Below are positions 23,048 to 37,900 of a stretch of 55,946 bases of DNA, in pieces. The notes beneath the pieces were generated by a model, which saw only the letters and a list, made by a program, of their open reading frames with translations, did not search any database and was not told the origin of the DNA. Each line of letters begins with the position of its first letter. The stretch's first letter is position 1. This DNA comes from Chromera velia (Eukaryota), in assembly GCA_018398765.1 (NCBI GenBank), contig JAHBMJ010000164.1, positions 1 through 55,946 of the forward strand. Reading direction: 5' to 3'. Position numbers and translations under genes: made by a program.

Positions 23048-26000
23048 TTACCACCATCTGTTCATCATCGTCGTGCTGTCACTCAAGGTAGGACGCGGAT
23101 TCCCCCCCCCCCCGTCTGATGGCCCCTCGCTCTCTCTACCACCTCCATGGGGGGGGGGCGGCACACTCCGAGTGGAGGTGCTCACCGGGTGGGAGTGCTG
23201 CTTGACGATGTACAGCTGATCGTTCTCGGAGAAGGCAGGAAGGTAATTTCTCGGAGGTGGCTGAAACCCCCCTACCTCGCCCTCTCCTCCTGCCCCTGAG
23301 TGCCTCCTCACTCCCCCACCCTCCACTTTAGCCCCTGGCGCTAGCGGACGGTCAAAGTGGATAACCGATGTACGTTGTCCCGGGGGTCTTCCCGGCTGTA
23401 TGCTACTCGGATGAGAGCGCGACTGCAACACCGACAAGGACACCGCGTTGGCCTCCCGGGGATCGGTCGAGTGATCCAGGGGGGGCGTCGGGGCAGGTTG
23501 GGTCCGGGGGGGAGAGGACCTTTCGGAGTCGTCGTCTGTCTCGTGGGGTCTCATGAGTCTGCTCCTAGGGGGGGCTCTCGTTTGGTGGTGACTCTGGTCT
23601 TGGGGTGGCTGTCGTGACTTTGCTGCTTTGGAGAAATCTGTCATCTGGACATTGGAGGGATCCGCCACCAGGCCAGACGAGGCAGCTGCAGTGCCTGTGT
23701 GACGATCCCTCTTCGACCCCCCTCGCACTACTCCGAAGGTGTGATGGGCAGCAGAGAAGTCCTCGAGAAGGCCTAAAAGTTCCTTCGCACGATCACGTGA
23801 GGACAGCCCTATCCTCATTTTGTGCTGCCTTCTCTGATTACCGTAAGAAGGATCACGCTCCTTCTCCTGCCACCGAATGTCGACACCGAATCTCTCTGCG
23901 TTCGGGTCCACCCCGGCTGCATACGAAAAAAGCGAAAAATCGGCCTCCCCCAGTTCAGGGGACTCCCCCACCTCGAGCACTTGCCAGAACTCCAAATCCA
24001 ACACCACACGACGGGAACCGCTGAGACAGTCGATGATGAAAAAGAAACCGTCGGAGAACACGGAGATCTTCGCAGCCTTCCGGTCCCAGACGTATGCCAT
24101 GATGGCGGCGTGGGCCCTGCGGGGGGGGATCATACGAATGTTTTATTGATGGATGACAATGTGTGCGTTGCTTTTTTCTGGACTGATAGGACGGTTTGCG
24201 GGGAGAAGGGAAGAATTGAGAAAACAGCTGAAAGGGCCTCTATCGACGCGCGCGCGCGCGCGTGTGTGTCTGTGTGTGCTTCCGTAGCAACAGCGAACCC
24301 ACAGACCAGACAGAGAAATACAGGACCATGACACTCCTTCCAAGCTGACACCAGGGCATCTCAGGACAGCTCACCAGAGTGAAGGCAGAGAGGAAAGCAA
24401 GGCAAGTCGAAAGAGAAAAGAGTGAATGAAGCAAGGACAGATAAAGCAGCAAGAGAAGAGACCGACCACTTCTTGCACCCTTCAACGAAATACAGATTTA
24501 ACTTCATTTCCGAGTCCCTCTGTTGAAAGTCTCTCATCACCCTGTCTGGCCCATACAGCATTCTGGGCAGTCGTTTCCTCTCCCTCTCGGTAGCTGGCTG
24601 GGCGAGGACCTGCACGCCCTGTGCCCCCTGTGCGATGAAGTCCAGAGTGCCAGCCACGGGTTTCACAAATGCTCCGGCAACCCCCTTTCCAACCCCTGCA
24701 AGCAAAGAGTGAAGCAAGATACAAAGAACACAAAATCGGGATCCCGACTTTCTCGCCAGGAAAAGAGAAACAAATCAATGCCCGAGAATGGAAGAAATTA
24801 AGGGAAGACCGTGAACGCGAGCGAGCAACCCAAGCAGCCACCGAGCCGCAAAGAAAGCGTCAACTACACTCCCTGCATTCATTCATTTATTAATATCCAT
24901 TTCTGCCATTCCCCCTTCGTTCAGAATGAAGGACCAATCAATGAACCAAGCACAACACAGACAAATTATTTGTTCCTCTCTTTGTCCCTCTCAAGACATT
25001 CACACAAACACGTATGCAGCCAAGCCGGACAGACCTTTGACGAATCCCTCCACTCCCTCCTCTTGTGCCCCCTGTGCAGGTTGAGTCACCAGCCCCGTGA
25101 GCCCTTCCAGCACCCCCCTTCCCATTGACGTAATCCCATACTGCAACCCCTCCCCAAAATTCTGTGGTCTCTGCATCAAATGCCTCTCGTGCTGCCCCCT
25201 CACGTACTCATCATCGAAAGTCGCCACCCCCAATGCCTGAGACATCGTCCCCGCAATCTTCGAGATACTCGTGCTGCCTGAGGCAAGCACAGCAGACCCC
25301 AGCCCAGACACACCCTCCACAATCCCGTGACCAAACCCGACCATCCCCCCCACCATCGAGGGCTGTGCCTCCTCTCCACCGGAGGAACGCCGTCTCCCCC
25401 CTGCAGTTGCCAGGGCCCCCTCCTCCGCGGAGTCCGGTTCCAGACTGCCATGCCTTCCTCTTCCTCGTGTGCCGCTCGGGGAGGGGGAACGGTCGCGTGC
25501 GTCAGCGCTGGAGGCCGCTGCTCGCTGATTGCTGGAGGATCCCTTATACCCTGCAGAGGCACCCTGAATGGGCTTGTACACGAGGTTCGTCACCCCTCCC
25601 CCAATACTGGCGATGAGGGAAGCGGGGTTGCCCATCACCTCCAGACTGAGACCGATATACTTTGCGGTCTGCAGGGCAGTCTGTTTGTAGAAGACGGACA
25701 TGCGGGAGGCGAGAGAAGCCATACGGCAACACTCGTGATTCAGTTGGAAGGGATGGAAATTCATCGACATCGCGTCAATGGATCCGAGTGAGAGGATGAA
25801 TCTGACAATGGGGTTGTCGTAATTCGCAAACACCTGGCCGGAGTTGAGAGTCAGTTTGAAGGAGAGGGTGATGAACACGGGATCGATATGCAGAGTCTCT
25901 ACATAGAGACGTGCAGACTCGTCGAACGGATCGAAGATCAAAGGAGGAATCTCGAAGGATTCCTTCTTTCGGAGAAATTTCGGACGGTTGTGGTGGTGGT

Positions 26001-29000
26001 GGGGAAGGTTTCTGCCTTCCGACTCCGTCCGACCGTCCGAGATCGCCGCTGAGTACGGATTGACTTCGTCGGTTTTGGCTGCCGACTTTGTCTGCAGGCC
26101 GAGGGGACGGCAGGAAAGGAGCGAGGGAGAATTTACGGAAGGCATGGAGCTCGAGAGAGGAACGCACGACACAGGGAGAGGGAGGCAGGCGTGAGAAAAA
26201 AAGAAATCTCTCAAAAGGGCTGCAAAAGAAACGAGAAAGTGAGCAGACGAGAAACTACAAATAGACGGATAAATTTCCGCATGTCCCCAAAGAAAGCACT
26301 TTCCCTTCCTCCCCGACTCTACCCCCTCCCCTCTGCCCCCCGCACCTTGAGTGTCTGCTGGACCTCCCAGAGAGAGTAGAGAAGCGCGTTGACCAGGTTC
26401 ATGTCAAGCTGCACGACTATGCCCTGCAGAGCAAAGGGGGAGAGAGGGTTACAGAGAAAGAAAAGGGGAAACTGGAGTCTAGCAAGTATGCGAAGGAGAG
26501 GCGGGGGGGGGCGGGAATACGAAGAGCAGACCCATCGAAGTTCTTTTTCTCTTTTTTCTTGTAAAAAATCTAGATGCCACAGATGAAGCGCAGCAGGTTT
26601 TGCCTTCTCCTCTTTTCCGAAGACCGCCGACAATGCAAGGAGACAACCATCGAAGGTACAGCACGTACAGCCACAGACTCGATGTGATAGCGTCAGAGAG
26701 AAGACCCACAAGCTTTCTTTTCACCCTTCCATTGCTGACTCTCATCCCTCTTTGACCAACCTGCAGTGTGACCTTGATGGTGTCGTAGAAGAGAAATTCG
26801 CCCGGCGTTTTCGAGACCACCGCCTCTGGAATCTCTTCCTCATCCTCCTCAACCTCTTCTGCTGCCCCCTCACCCGGGACAGCCACAGCGTCCCCTTCTC
26901 CATGGGAGGCAGATGAGGCTGAAGGAGGGGGGAGAGGCAGGAGAGAGTCTCCTCTAGTGCCTGCAGACAAAGGCTCTGCGACACCGCTACCCGCTCTATC
27001 AGCAGACTGCAAAGCAGAAAACAGAACCCGCTTGTGCTCTGCAGTCTCTTCGCCCTCTCCTTCCCCCTCCACACTCCCTCTTTCTCCTCCCCCTCCAGGA
27101 AGAGCTGAAGGAGGGAACAACTCCTCCACCACGGCAACAGTACTGACCCCAGCCCCTGCCTGGCCTTCCTCTGTTTTGTTCTCCTCTGGCGGCAGCGTGT
27201 GTTGTCTGACAAAGAAGTCAAACAGAGGACGCAGGGTCGTGTCCTCCTCCCCCTTCTTCTGCATTCCGTCCAACCGAGCCTGTTGCTTCCTCCTTGCCAC
27301 CCTGTCGCGTTTCCTGTCCACCTTCCCCACCTTCTGTTTCGCCACACTCTGCCCTGCCCCCGTCTTGTCGGCCTCCTGGTCAAGGGGGAGGCTCTCAAAC
27401 GAGGGGACCATACCCGTATCCGATCTGCAGGCAGGCAGTCGGCAGGGAACAATCAATAAGGGATTTTTTTGCTTACAGACAGACACGCAGGGCGGTAGGT
27501 TGAGCAACAGGCACCAAGACTCTCTTCACTGCCAATGTCATATTGGATTCTCGTGTGGCAACTCACTTTCAGACATCTTCTGCATATCGGTACTTTGCGG
27601 CAGGACAGAGAGGAACGAAATCAGAAACAAAGAACGAGATAGGGTGACAGAGTGCGCGAAAAAGGAAAAAAACCGAGATGGAAAAAGGAAAAGAGCCGGC
27701 AGACCTTTGCAAAAAAATCGGGCAGAGGGTGTCACCGTTCTGATTGTCAATCTGCACGTTGTGCACAGTGACTGCAGTCGCCTGGTACCGGGGAGACATC
27801 GCCCTTCTCATTCTGATGTCCTCGATGGTCATCAGGAGGATCTCTGATGCTGCGATGTGCCGTGTGCAGAAGTGGGGATCCTGTTGTTGAGTCGACGCGA
27901 TGATCGAGACAGAGACGGAGGAGAGGAAAAGGTCAAAGACCAAATTGGGAGAGCCGTCTGTGAGGTGAGGAGCGTAAGGATCCTCAAAGGCGATTTCAGT
28001 GAAGGGAATGGAACGACAAGCGTCGTGGCCACTGAGAACGGAAGTGCCAATGATGAGCCCATCTGCTCTCTTGTCAGACTCTTTGACGGGGAATACTTTG
28101 CCCTTCTCGCGTCTCTTCCGTGCTGCCGCCTTCCTTTTCTCGTCTTTTCCTTTTGCCTCAAACTGCCTCTGTTCTGCGAGGCCGAAAAGGGAGAGCTCGA
28201 TTCTGTTGTACACTCTTTGCGTCTGGAACGAAAACGAGTCTGTTGAGGGCTGGCCGTCGTACAGAAGCGATTTGAATTCGGGGGGCCTCAGCGTCGTGGG
28301 AGCGCTGCTGTCGATCTTCAGGACGTTAGAGAAACCTCCGGTACCGACCTGCAAGCAAGACCGCACGAGCAAAAATGACGACTGCTCAACAACAATCGGA
28401 ATTATCACTCCACAAGCCACCAAGTTGAAACTCGCAACCACAAAGAGGGGGAAGGGTATCCCCCAAAATAGACTCGCATTCAGGAATGGCTGACTGAGTG
28501 TAGCTGGTGCACACAACTTGGGAACATAAGAAGAAAGAGAGAGTGGTGGAAAAGGATGATGACGAAGAAGGTATGGGAGGCAGACAGAAGCGCATCAAAG
28601 AGAAAATTGAATGGAAAATGAAAAGCGGGGAAGGCTTTTTCGTTTACTGCGTTCCCATCTTTCAGTCCCCTTCTCACTGACCGCCACTTGCAGGTCGATT
28701 GATCTCTTCTCCTCTCCAATGAACGGGTCCAGCCAGGCGAAGTCCACACGACATCCGGGGTCCACCCGGAAGACGTCCACGATGTGCGTCAGATTCTGCT
28801 TGGCCCTGTCCTTGTCTCTCGGTCCCATGCTCTCCTGTCGGAAGAACAAAGTCCTGTTGGAGAGGTTCACAATCTTCCGTGCATTCGACAGCTGGTCTGT
28901 GTGGGGCCTGCATACAGAGAAAGGGGAGATGATCTGTGTGGGGCCTGCATACAGAGAACCGAGAGATGGTCTGTGTGGGGCCTGCATACAGAGAATGGGG

Positions 29001-31638
29001 AGAAAAACAGAACGAGAGGCTTATCTTCCCTGTACCAAAGCTCTCCCACCCCTTGTCCCGCAGATAGACAGAGGGAGAAAGAGATAAAGGGACAGTGTCG
29101 AACACATTTTCATTCGCATTTTTGAAATCGACTCCCTGACCTGAAGCGCACCCACAGGACCCCTTGCGACTGAGAGATCTCCAGACGCACGTCCATGCTG
29201 GGGTTCATCCCGTCCCTCTCCCACTTAGGTTTGTCCCGACTCCTGTCGTACAACAGATCGCTCCTTCCCTTTGTGTACCAGGGAACGCCATTCCAATCCT
29301 CAAAGTTCTTCACCCCTCCAGCCTCATACTCATCCCCCTCGCCGTCTCCGTCCCCCCCTCCCGAGACGCCAGCCCAGGAGGAGAACCAGGAAGACCCGAA
29401 AGAGTTCTGACCCCCAAACCCCAGATACCCGCTCTCGGACTCTTTCCTCTCCTTTGCGACAGACGAGGACGCCCCTGTCATCTGGCCCACCCCGAACCAG
29501 CCTTTCTTCACTCGCCTTACGACCATGCGGAAGGAAACTTCCAACAGCTCCCCAATGGAGAAGGGAGCTGACCATTCCCAGTCAAGTTCTGCACCACGCA
29601 GAAAGAGAGAGAGAACAAGAAGCAGGGCGGGTGGAATTCGGAAACTCCTACTGTGACTCTTCACAAAACTCTGAAAACATAGGAGTCACAAAGACACGCG
29701 ACCTTTTCCCGAGCTTGAGTGACCACACTGACCAGATCCAGCCCAAACCCTAACAAATCATTCAGTCTCTAACACAGCCTCCCACAGGACAGAGCACGCG
29801 GATTGCAAATCAATAGCCGGACTCCCAGTTCTCAACAGACCAAAAAAGGCAACAAAGAAAAGACGACAAAGACACATACAGGAGTGGAAAGAAGCAGAGC
29901 CAGACAGACAGACCTGCAAGCTTCACTTGGACAAGTTGGGGTCCCGTCCCACTCGGCCAGTGGAACGGGAGTCGCTCTCTCGCCTTCACTGAGAACACCT
30001 CCTTGCTGTCCTTCTGTTTGAACAGCAACGGAAAGTCCAGATCGTTCACCACAACATAACGAGGGTAGAAGTTCAGACAACGGACGTCCTTCCACAACTG
30101 CAGACCCACAGAGGGCAGCACACGGAGACCAAACTCCAACCGCCTGCCGTCCCGGCCGTCAACAGAGAGGAACCCATCAGCCAGAGCACTCCGCAAATCC
30201 ACCTGCTTGGACCTCTGACCCCCGACCCTCAGATGAACCAAGTTGGCCTGTAAGCACAGGCAGGAAGGGAATGATGGACAGACGAATGGTTTATTTGCGG
30301 ACTCATTCATGAATCTGAAGGTCGGTTTTTGCTGCCTCCGAGATCCTCATCACATTGAAATAAGTCCACAAAGAAAACAATGCAAATGACTACCATCACG
30401 TTTCACACAGGTTGACGAGGACAAGGAAAGGGCAGAAAAGGAAGTTGACGAAATGGGACAGTGGAGGGAGCAAAAACAAAAAGAAGAAACAGGCCGCATC
30501 CCCACCTTGCAGTCCAGAGGAGAAATAGCAGGAGCCAGCCAGCGACTGTCTTCGGACTCCACCAGTGCGTCCTTTGCGACTCCCCTCAGCCCTCTCTGTT
30601 TCTCCTCTTCCTGCTGATCCATGTCTGTGATGGCCCTCTCCCAGAAGAGCCCGGAGGTGTCTGAAGATCCCCACACGGTCACACTCTCGTCGTGCTCCCG
30701 CAACTGCGCTCAGGGACAAAGACAGGACAAGACAAAAAGGAAAATGGGTGTTTTGTTAAAGCAATGAAAGCGCTACACCGAATCAGAAACCCGTCTCTCT
30801 CTCTTTCTCCCCCTCTCTCTCCAAGTATGTGCTTTGAGAGATGATCCACCGAATACAGCCACCTTTGCCACAAATCCACTTTTCCTTTGAGCGTGACCAA
30901 GCTCCAAAAGAATTCGAGAAAAGAAAAAAAAAAAAAAAGACAAACGACGAAGAAAGATGAATCTTCGAGGTCAAAGGATGCCTGTCCTAGTGCTCTACTA
31001 TCTTCGTGACTGACTTTGAACTTTTTGGTCTTGCACATTTCCTCTGCCTCCTTCTCAGAGACCCCCCTTGGAATTCCAGCGTTGTGGGAGAGGATCCAAA
31101 CAGGAACGTGCAAGATGATGTCGACAGGGTACCCAGGGGAATTGAGGAAGATCAAATTGATCTTCGAGAACCTGCTTCGTTTGTGGTCAGGCAGAGAGAG
31201 GGACTCCGTCTCCTTGTGCGCGGTGTCCCGGTCCACCGGGTCGTTCGAGAAGATCAGCTGCTCGTTCGAATAACAATTCCGGTCTTCAGAACTCCCAAAG
31301 ACCTGCAGTTTGATCAACGCCCGAGTCCGGTAGAAGTTCTGTTCTCGGGATGTGGTACCGATCTTGTTTTGGGAAAAGTGGAAGGCAGGGTCGGATCGGA
31401 ACGGGAGGTTGTGAAGGAAGGTGCTCTCGTTGGTCTTCAACACTCCTGTGGCCTCAAACGGGTGGTTGTCGAGATCTCTTCCTCTGTAGAAGGAACTCGT
31501 GGTGATCTCGACCTTTTGAAGACGGATGCGGTATCTGCACAACAAATACCGACGTAAGAATATATACAAATGCCCTATCTTGCAAACAGACAGACTATAT
31601 GTTTCCTCTTCTTCCCCCTCCTTTTCTCCATGAACACA

Positions 31639-31674
<36 letters not shown>

Positions 31675-31909
31675 AGGGAGGGGGAGAGAGAGAGACAGCC
31701 CAAACTCACGCGGCAAAGCGGATCCTTCCGTTCTCCATGAGTTCGTTCAGCCTACATCACAACCCGAAACAACATCTTTCCTTTGTGTGCAACACACCAA
31801 AATGGTCAGGAAGAGCACACTCGAGTCATACACTACTTGCATCTTCGTTTGGTAGGCAAGGCAGAGAAGAGAGCAGAGAAGAGAAAACCCAATTCCAACC
31901 GCCAGCCAG

Positions 31910-31945
<36 letters not shown>

Positions 31946-34900
31946 CGGACCTGACGGGGAGAGGCAGACAGCTCCTAAGTCGCACCGGCGCCCTGAGGCC
32001 GATTGTGATCTGCTTGCAGGATGTGCCCTGATATGTGCAGAGCTCAGAGTTGATCACGGCATGGAAGTGGAAGTCCGACCTTCTGGTGTCCGGACTTTCC
32101 TTTTCGTCATCCTCGGAGTTGACCTCAACAGGAGAGGCCAAGGCTGGCGCCGGGATGTCCCTAGGGCCCTGTCCGGGTTTTCTCACCTGACTGCGCAGAT
32201 GCATTTGCAATGCTGTCCTGTCCTTCTGCTTCTCCTTTTTGTCAAGGTCCTCCCATACCTTTCTGAGACGAACACAACGATCGGACCACTGGTAGTGTCG
32301 TCCACTAGCCGTAGTCACAGGTCTGAACTGCAACACGCCAGTCCTGCACATCGTCACAGGGATTGCAATGGCTGCCCCCGACTCGACTCGAATGATGCGG
32401 CCCTTGTGGGCGTCGTCCCCCTGAGGGAGTCCCCGCACCCCGAGGAGGTTCATGTTCCCCGCGTTCACAGCCATCTCCACGACATGCTCAAATTCGTTCA
32501 GGATGATCACCTGGGTGGGGGAAGGTGAGGAGAGGGGGGCAGTGAGAGAGAGATGAAAAATTGAACACTCAAATGACCTTGAAGCGTGCCATGCTCATCC
32601 GATCTTCTCACAGCGGCACACACAGAAACAGACGAATCGGGAAGCAAATACACAAAGGTCAAAACAACAAGGCAGAAAGTTGGAAAAGACCAAGTCGATA
32701 CCTCATTTACGAACCACAGACAGCAATCCATCATCACGCACACAGGATGAGGAAGAGGAAGTCGTGCATTGGAAGGCACGAGGCAGTGGGAAGAGACAAA
32801 GAGATAAACGGAAACAGGGAAAGCGAAAATGAATCTCAATATGCTTTCCCTTTTTCACCCCTCTTTTTTCCTTTCCCCATTCATCCAACAAAAGGACCCA
32901 CCTGAGACTCCACCAGAAGCTTCTTGCATGCCTCCTCTGCCACGACTCTACAGAGAATGAAGTCCTTCGCCCCATCTTCCCTGCCGTCCATCTCAGGCAA
33001 GAATCTCGTCTGGGGACCGTCAGGGTCTGAGAGGGAGGCCGGGACGCTGCTCCGTCTCCTTCTATTCCTCTCCTCTTCCTCATCCTCCACCTCACTCACC
33101 ACCGTCTGGTGGTTGACAGGCTTCAGTTCAAACACGAACACGCCCTCTCTCTCAAGGGGCACAGTCACGATGTCATCATAACAAGGACGGTGCCTCCTGG
33201 GCCCATCTGGATCGCCGGGGTCCGGTTCTTCGGGGAACTGCGTGCATGCAGGCAGGCCCAGGAGGGGGGGAATAGGAAGGAAGGTTTGACAACCGGAAAA
33301 GTGGAAGGCAGATGTTTGAAGAAGAAATTGATCAAACTGATAGGCCCGGATTAGTCAAAAAAAGGAGGGGGGAAACTCAAATACAGCTGTGTTCTACTCT
33401 TCATCCGTCAACCCTCGTTCACCGCTGTGCTGTATTCTGTACCTCTCGCTACCGACCTTGAGTGTCACAGAGCGCATCACATGGGGTTTGAAGGTCGCCT
33501 TGTCGTCAGGCTTCGGTCGAGTGGCGTCCCATGCTTCTCGACTGGTGGCGCTCTTCCCTCGTTCGGCCTTCTCACCCAGGGCACTGTCCCTGTCTCCCCT
33601 GCCTCCCCTCGCAACAAAGCCCAACTCCTCCTCTCTGTAAACTCCCCTGAAGCCCCCTGGCTCCCTCCAAATCCGTCTAGCTCTCTCGGCAGGCTTCATC
33701 GCAAGCGCGGTCTTGCCAAGTGCCCTCACGTCTTTATGGGGTCTGGAGGCGGCATGTTTGTCTAGATCCGATTTGCCCTTCATCAATTCATCCCCCGACC
33801 CCGCCTGCTCTGCAGCACTCAACATCCGAATCCGACGCATCCATCCACGACGGTGTCTCTTCCCTAACCGGCCTGAGTCCACAGTCATGTCGTGGAGGAT
33901 GATCTCCCAATGCATCGGCACGGAAATCTGAGTCGTTCGCACCGTCCGCATGTGCAAGGGGTGATCACCCCTGCCTCTTCGCACTGTGCCCAAGTGCGTG
34001 CTGTCAGGCTCTACTGTGTCAAGGTAAACTCCCCTCTCGGGCCCTCGCCAATTCTCTCCTTCCCCCTCCCTCACACTCTCATCAGACGAAGTCACCGAAT
34101 CCGCTGCCCAATACTCGTTCTGCTTCAGACCCTCCCGAGATAGACCTGTGGACCGGTCAATCTCCATGAACGGCTCTTTCTTGATGTTCACTGTGCGCCG
34201 TCTCCGCATTCTCTTCATCTCGACAATGAGGGGAATCCCGCAGTTGTTCTTCAGAGAATACGGGGCAAAACGAAGACGCGTACGGGGCTCTGGACGCATG
34301 TGTGCACTTGCAACTTTCTTTACTTCTTCCATCATCTTTTTGCGTCGACGTCTCAACCTCCCTTCAACCACATCGGCTTCTTTCAGATCGATCTCTTCTT
34401 CGTGTTCGTCCTCCTCGTCTTCGTCATCCTCACCCTCGTCTTCATCGTCTGCCTCCTCCTCTATAATCCCTTCATCCATCCTTCTCTTCCACCCCGCCAC
34501 GCTCTCTCGCTCCTTCGACTTCTTATACTCAGCAACGTGAACGTCCGTACTGTCACAGTCGAGAATGACTTCCATCCGGGTGTCGTCTTTTGGGTCCGAC
34601 CACCACCGAGGGTAGGGGGGAAGGACCTTGTTCCCCTCTGTGTACACATTCGCATCTTCAATCTCCGAACCTTCGTCGTTCTCTAACACCTCCTCGTACA
34701 CGTTCTGGGGAAGACCCGTGAGTGCATTCCGACCCATCGCACGAGACGCGACGGACGAACGGCTCGGAAATCCGGCTGTCGTGTTCGCAGGCTCTTCTCG
34801 GAGTCTGTACGTACCCGTGCGCTTTCTATGTTCAGCATCGTCAAGCCATCTGGAAGCATTGATAATCATCGACTGGATGAATGCTTGGGAGATATTGATC

Positions 34901-37900
34901 TGCACAGACGGAGCCTGCCTTGCCCACTTATTCCAAATTTTCCATCTCTCCTCAATGCGCTCCCACGGGGGCGTCTGGGCCTCCTTCTCCTCTCCGGGAC
35001 GGCTCTCGGCAGCAGAGGGGGCTCCCGTCTCGTCGTTCTGCCCAAATGCTTTCAAATGGATGCCCCCACGCTCTGCTTCGTCTAACAACGGACGAAGCTC
35101 CGGATACTTTCGTCGACCGATGTCAGCCAACCGTGCCCCCGCAGCCTTGTTCTTTTTACCCCCTTCTGAGGCTGCTGGAGAAGGCGGAGGTTCCTGCCCG
35201 AGGGGAATTGGTTGTTTCTTGAAATCCCTCTTCTCCCCTGCAGTCTCTGAACGCTCAATGTCCTCATTCAGTGCTTGCAGCTGTTCTGCAGCACCCGCGA
35301 TCAAATCCCGTTCTTGCTCCTCCGTCTCGTCAATCAATGGTCGTTTGATGTTCTCCACACCGACGTAGAAGTGCTCCATCAGCGGCTCGAAGGCGACCGC
35401 GATCGGGTTGAAGAACCAAACGGCCAGGACGGCCTCCAGGGTACGGCGTGCATAGTCCCTACCGATATGGGCTTGGAAGGGGCGCATCCCTGGGGGGTCT
35501 CTGATTCCAATCTGTTTGAAGGTCAGGAACGGAATGTCCAGTTGGAGGAAGGGGGCGTTGTTGTGCTTGTACAGATCGTTGACGATCTCCAGACAGAACT
35601 CGTGAACGAGGACACGAATCATCAGACGATTCCGAACAGGCTGCAGGCAAGAAACAAGCGAGAGGAAAACAAGAAACTTAATGCGTAGCTGGGTGGGAAC
35701 ATGAACAGGTCTCACAGATAGCATCAAAACAGAGACCAACAAGAAAACGAAAAAATTCGACAAATCAGGGAGAGAAGCTGCATGAAGTTGGACGAGTGCG
35801 ACTAACAATGCAGCACCGCGGCTTGGCACTCAAATTGGCGTCTGTGAAAAAAACAGAAGCGAAGATACAGAGTGGCTCTGTCTCGCTTGCTTGGAATCCC
35901 TTGATTAAATCCTCCAGACTGACCATCGTCTGGTAGACGGCCCTTCCGTCTTCCGTCTCCGTCTCTGCCCAGTCTGGAGTCTTCTCGTCTTCCCCTTCTG
36001 CCTCTTTACTCATCCGTCGCTGCCTTCGTCTTTCCCTCTTCCTCCGTCTCTTTCTGTCCCCCTTGTCCTCCCACATGCTGGTCAATTGATGTTTCATCGT
36101 CTGAATGACGTTCAGTCGGGGGGGCTTGGGGGTGGCAGGGGCGGGCTTCGGCTCTTGGTCCTTCGCTGCCGAAATTGACTTTGCACGCCACGTACGGCCT
36201 GCTGGGGCTGCACTGGGCCTTCTAGAAGTCTGGCGCGAAGGAGACAGCCGCGGACCCTGCTGGGGGGAGGCGGGGGGCAGGAGGGAGGCAAGCGAAGTAC
36301 GGCGGGATGCGGGCAGAGATGAGTCCTGGGGTCCACTGTTTATGTTCAAAAGAGCTGGATGGACAAGCTGTGCCTCCTCTGCCACCTCCCCTATGCTCAG
36401 CTGATCTCCAGATCGGGACATCTGTGCGTCTACTACAGAGCCCCTCTCTCCCTGTGCCTGCCCTTGTCCCAGCGGTGCATCGGATAGAGCAGCAAACGGT
36501 CGCTCGGAGGGAGGCGGTGAGGGGCCTGAAGGGAGGGGAAGCTGCCCAGGCTCAGGAGAAATTCTGCTGAGAGCAGCAGCAGCAGCTGTCGGCGCGGTCT
36601 CGTAAAGCTCCTCTTCAGTTGCACAGAAATTCCACAAGTAGAAGTTCTTGAACAGAGTCAGGTCGCGACTGGAGACGTGCAACGCATTCTGATTTAATGA
36701 GAGCACCAGCTCACTTTGATTGCACATCAGGCTGTCACCCTCAAGAGCACCAAAACCCAAATCTCTGTCTTCACCCCCCAACGTTGCCTTGGTCAGTCGT
36801 GTGTAGACAACCGCCATGCCAAAATCGTTGAAGATGTAATGCATCCTGTCGTGGCTCAACCGACTCGGTTTGTGAATGCCAGATTTTCCCAGACCCCCGG
36901 CACCCGCTCTCTGCCCCGTACCGCGATCTGCACTTTCCAGGGCCTCTCGCATCTCTTGGGCTCCTGCGGCGTCCTCCTTCCGCCTGTGCTGGTGCGCATA
37001 GCCCCCCGAAGGCAAATGAAACCTCCTTGCCGGGTTTGACACATCGTCAGAGGACATGGCCAAAGCCCCCCCCTGGAATTTAGCTCGGTCACTCCGTCCG
37101 CTGCGCGACAAAGCAGCAGAACGGAAATCGTCTCCGTCGACTTCGGAGACATTCAAGTCGCCCAGCTGAGACCCAGGGATGACGTGCCTCCTCTCTTCCT
37201 TGACGAATTCGTAAATCAGGGCAGTGTCGATGTCCTGGAAGCACGCAGCGTTGCAGTCGGACATACCGAGATGCACCCACATGTCTCCTGAGGGACGCGA
37301 ACGCATGCAGATCTTCAACCCGGTGCGGACGACCATGCATGGGCTTCTTCTGCTCTTGATGTCATCAATGAGAAAGAGGCAGCTGTTCGAAATGTTCAAT
37401 TGTATCGATCTTCCTCCCCCCTCTTCCTCTTCCTCCTCCTTCGAGTCCTGTTTCTTCTTCTCTTCCTCTATGGCCAACTCCATCTGCTTCTTTCTGAAAT
37501 CAAAAAGGTGGTCCTTCATGGTCTTTCGACGACACCTCTGGCCCCCCCCACGGAATGTTCCCATCCGGTGCATGGGCCTGTTCGGCACCGGATCATCCGG
37601 GATGTCTCCTGTCTCCTTGTCTTCCCACTCATCCTCACACCCCACACTCCGAGTCTCCGAATCCGAATCCTCAGAATCATAGACGAACAAATCATCTTCA
37701 CTCTCTGCGTCCTGCTCATTCCTCCAATCCTTCGGGTCAATGAAAAACCGAAACACCTTCAGAAGAGGAGGCACAGCCAGAATCGTACGCGGCTGATTGA
37801 TGGCCACACGAATGTTCTGACTCGACCCCGGTGAGGAATCAAGCCAAACCCTGAATTCTGGTTCCTGCTCCTGCTCCATCTCGGGTGTCGGGGTCTTCCC

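Noticed and set aside
28893..29003. CRISPR-like array (37-bp repeats)
   Set aside because: The repeats are head-to-tail with no unique spacers, there are no cas genes, and the context is a eukaryotic intron boundary.
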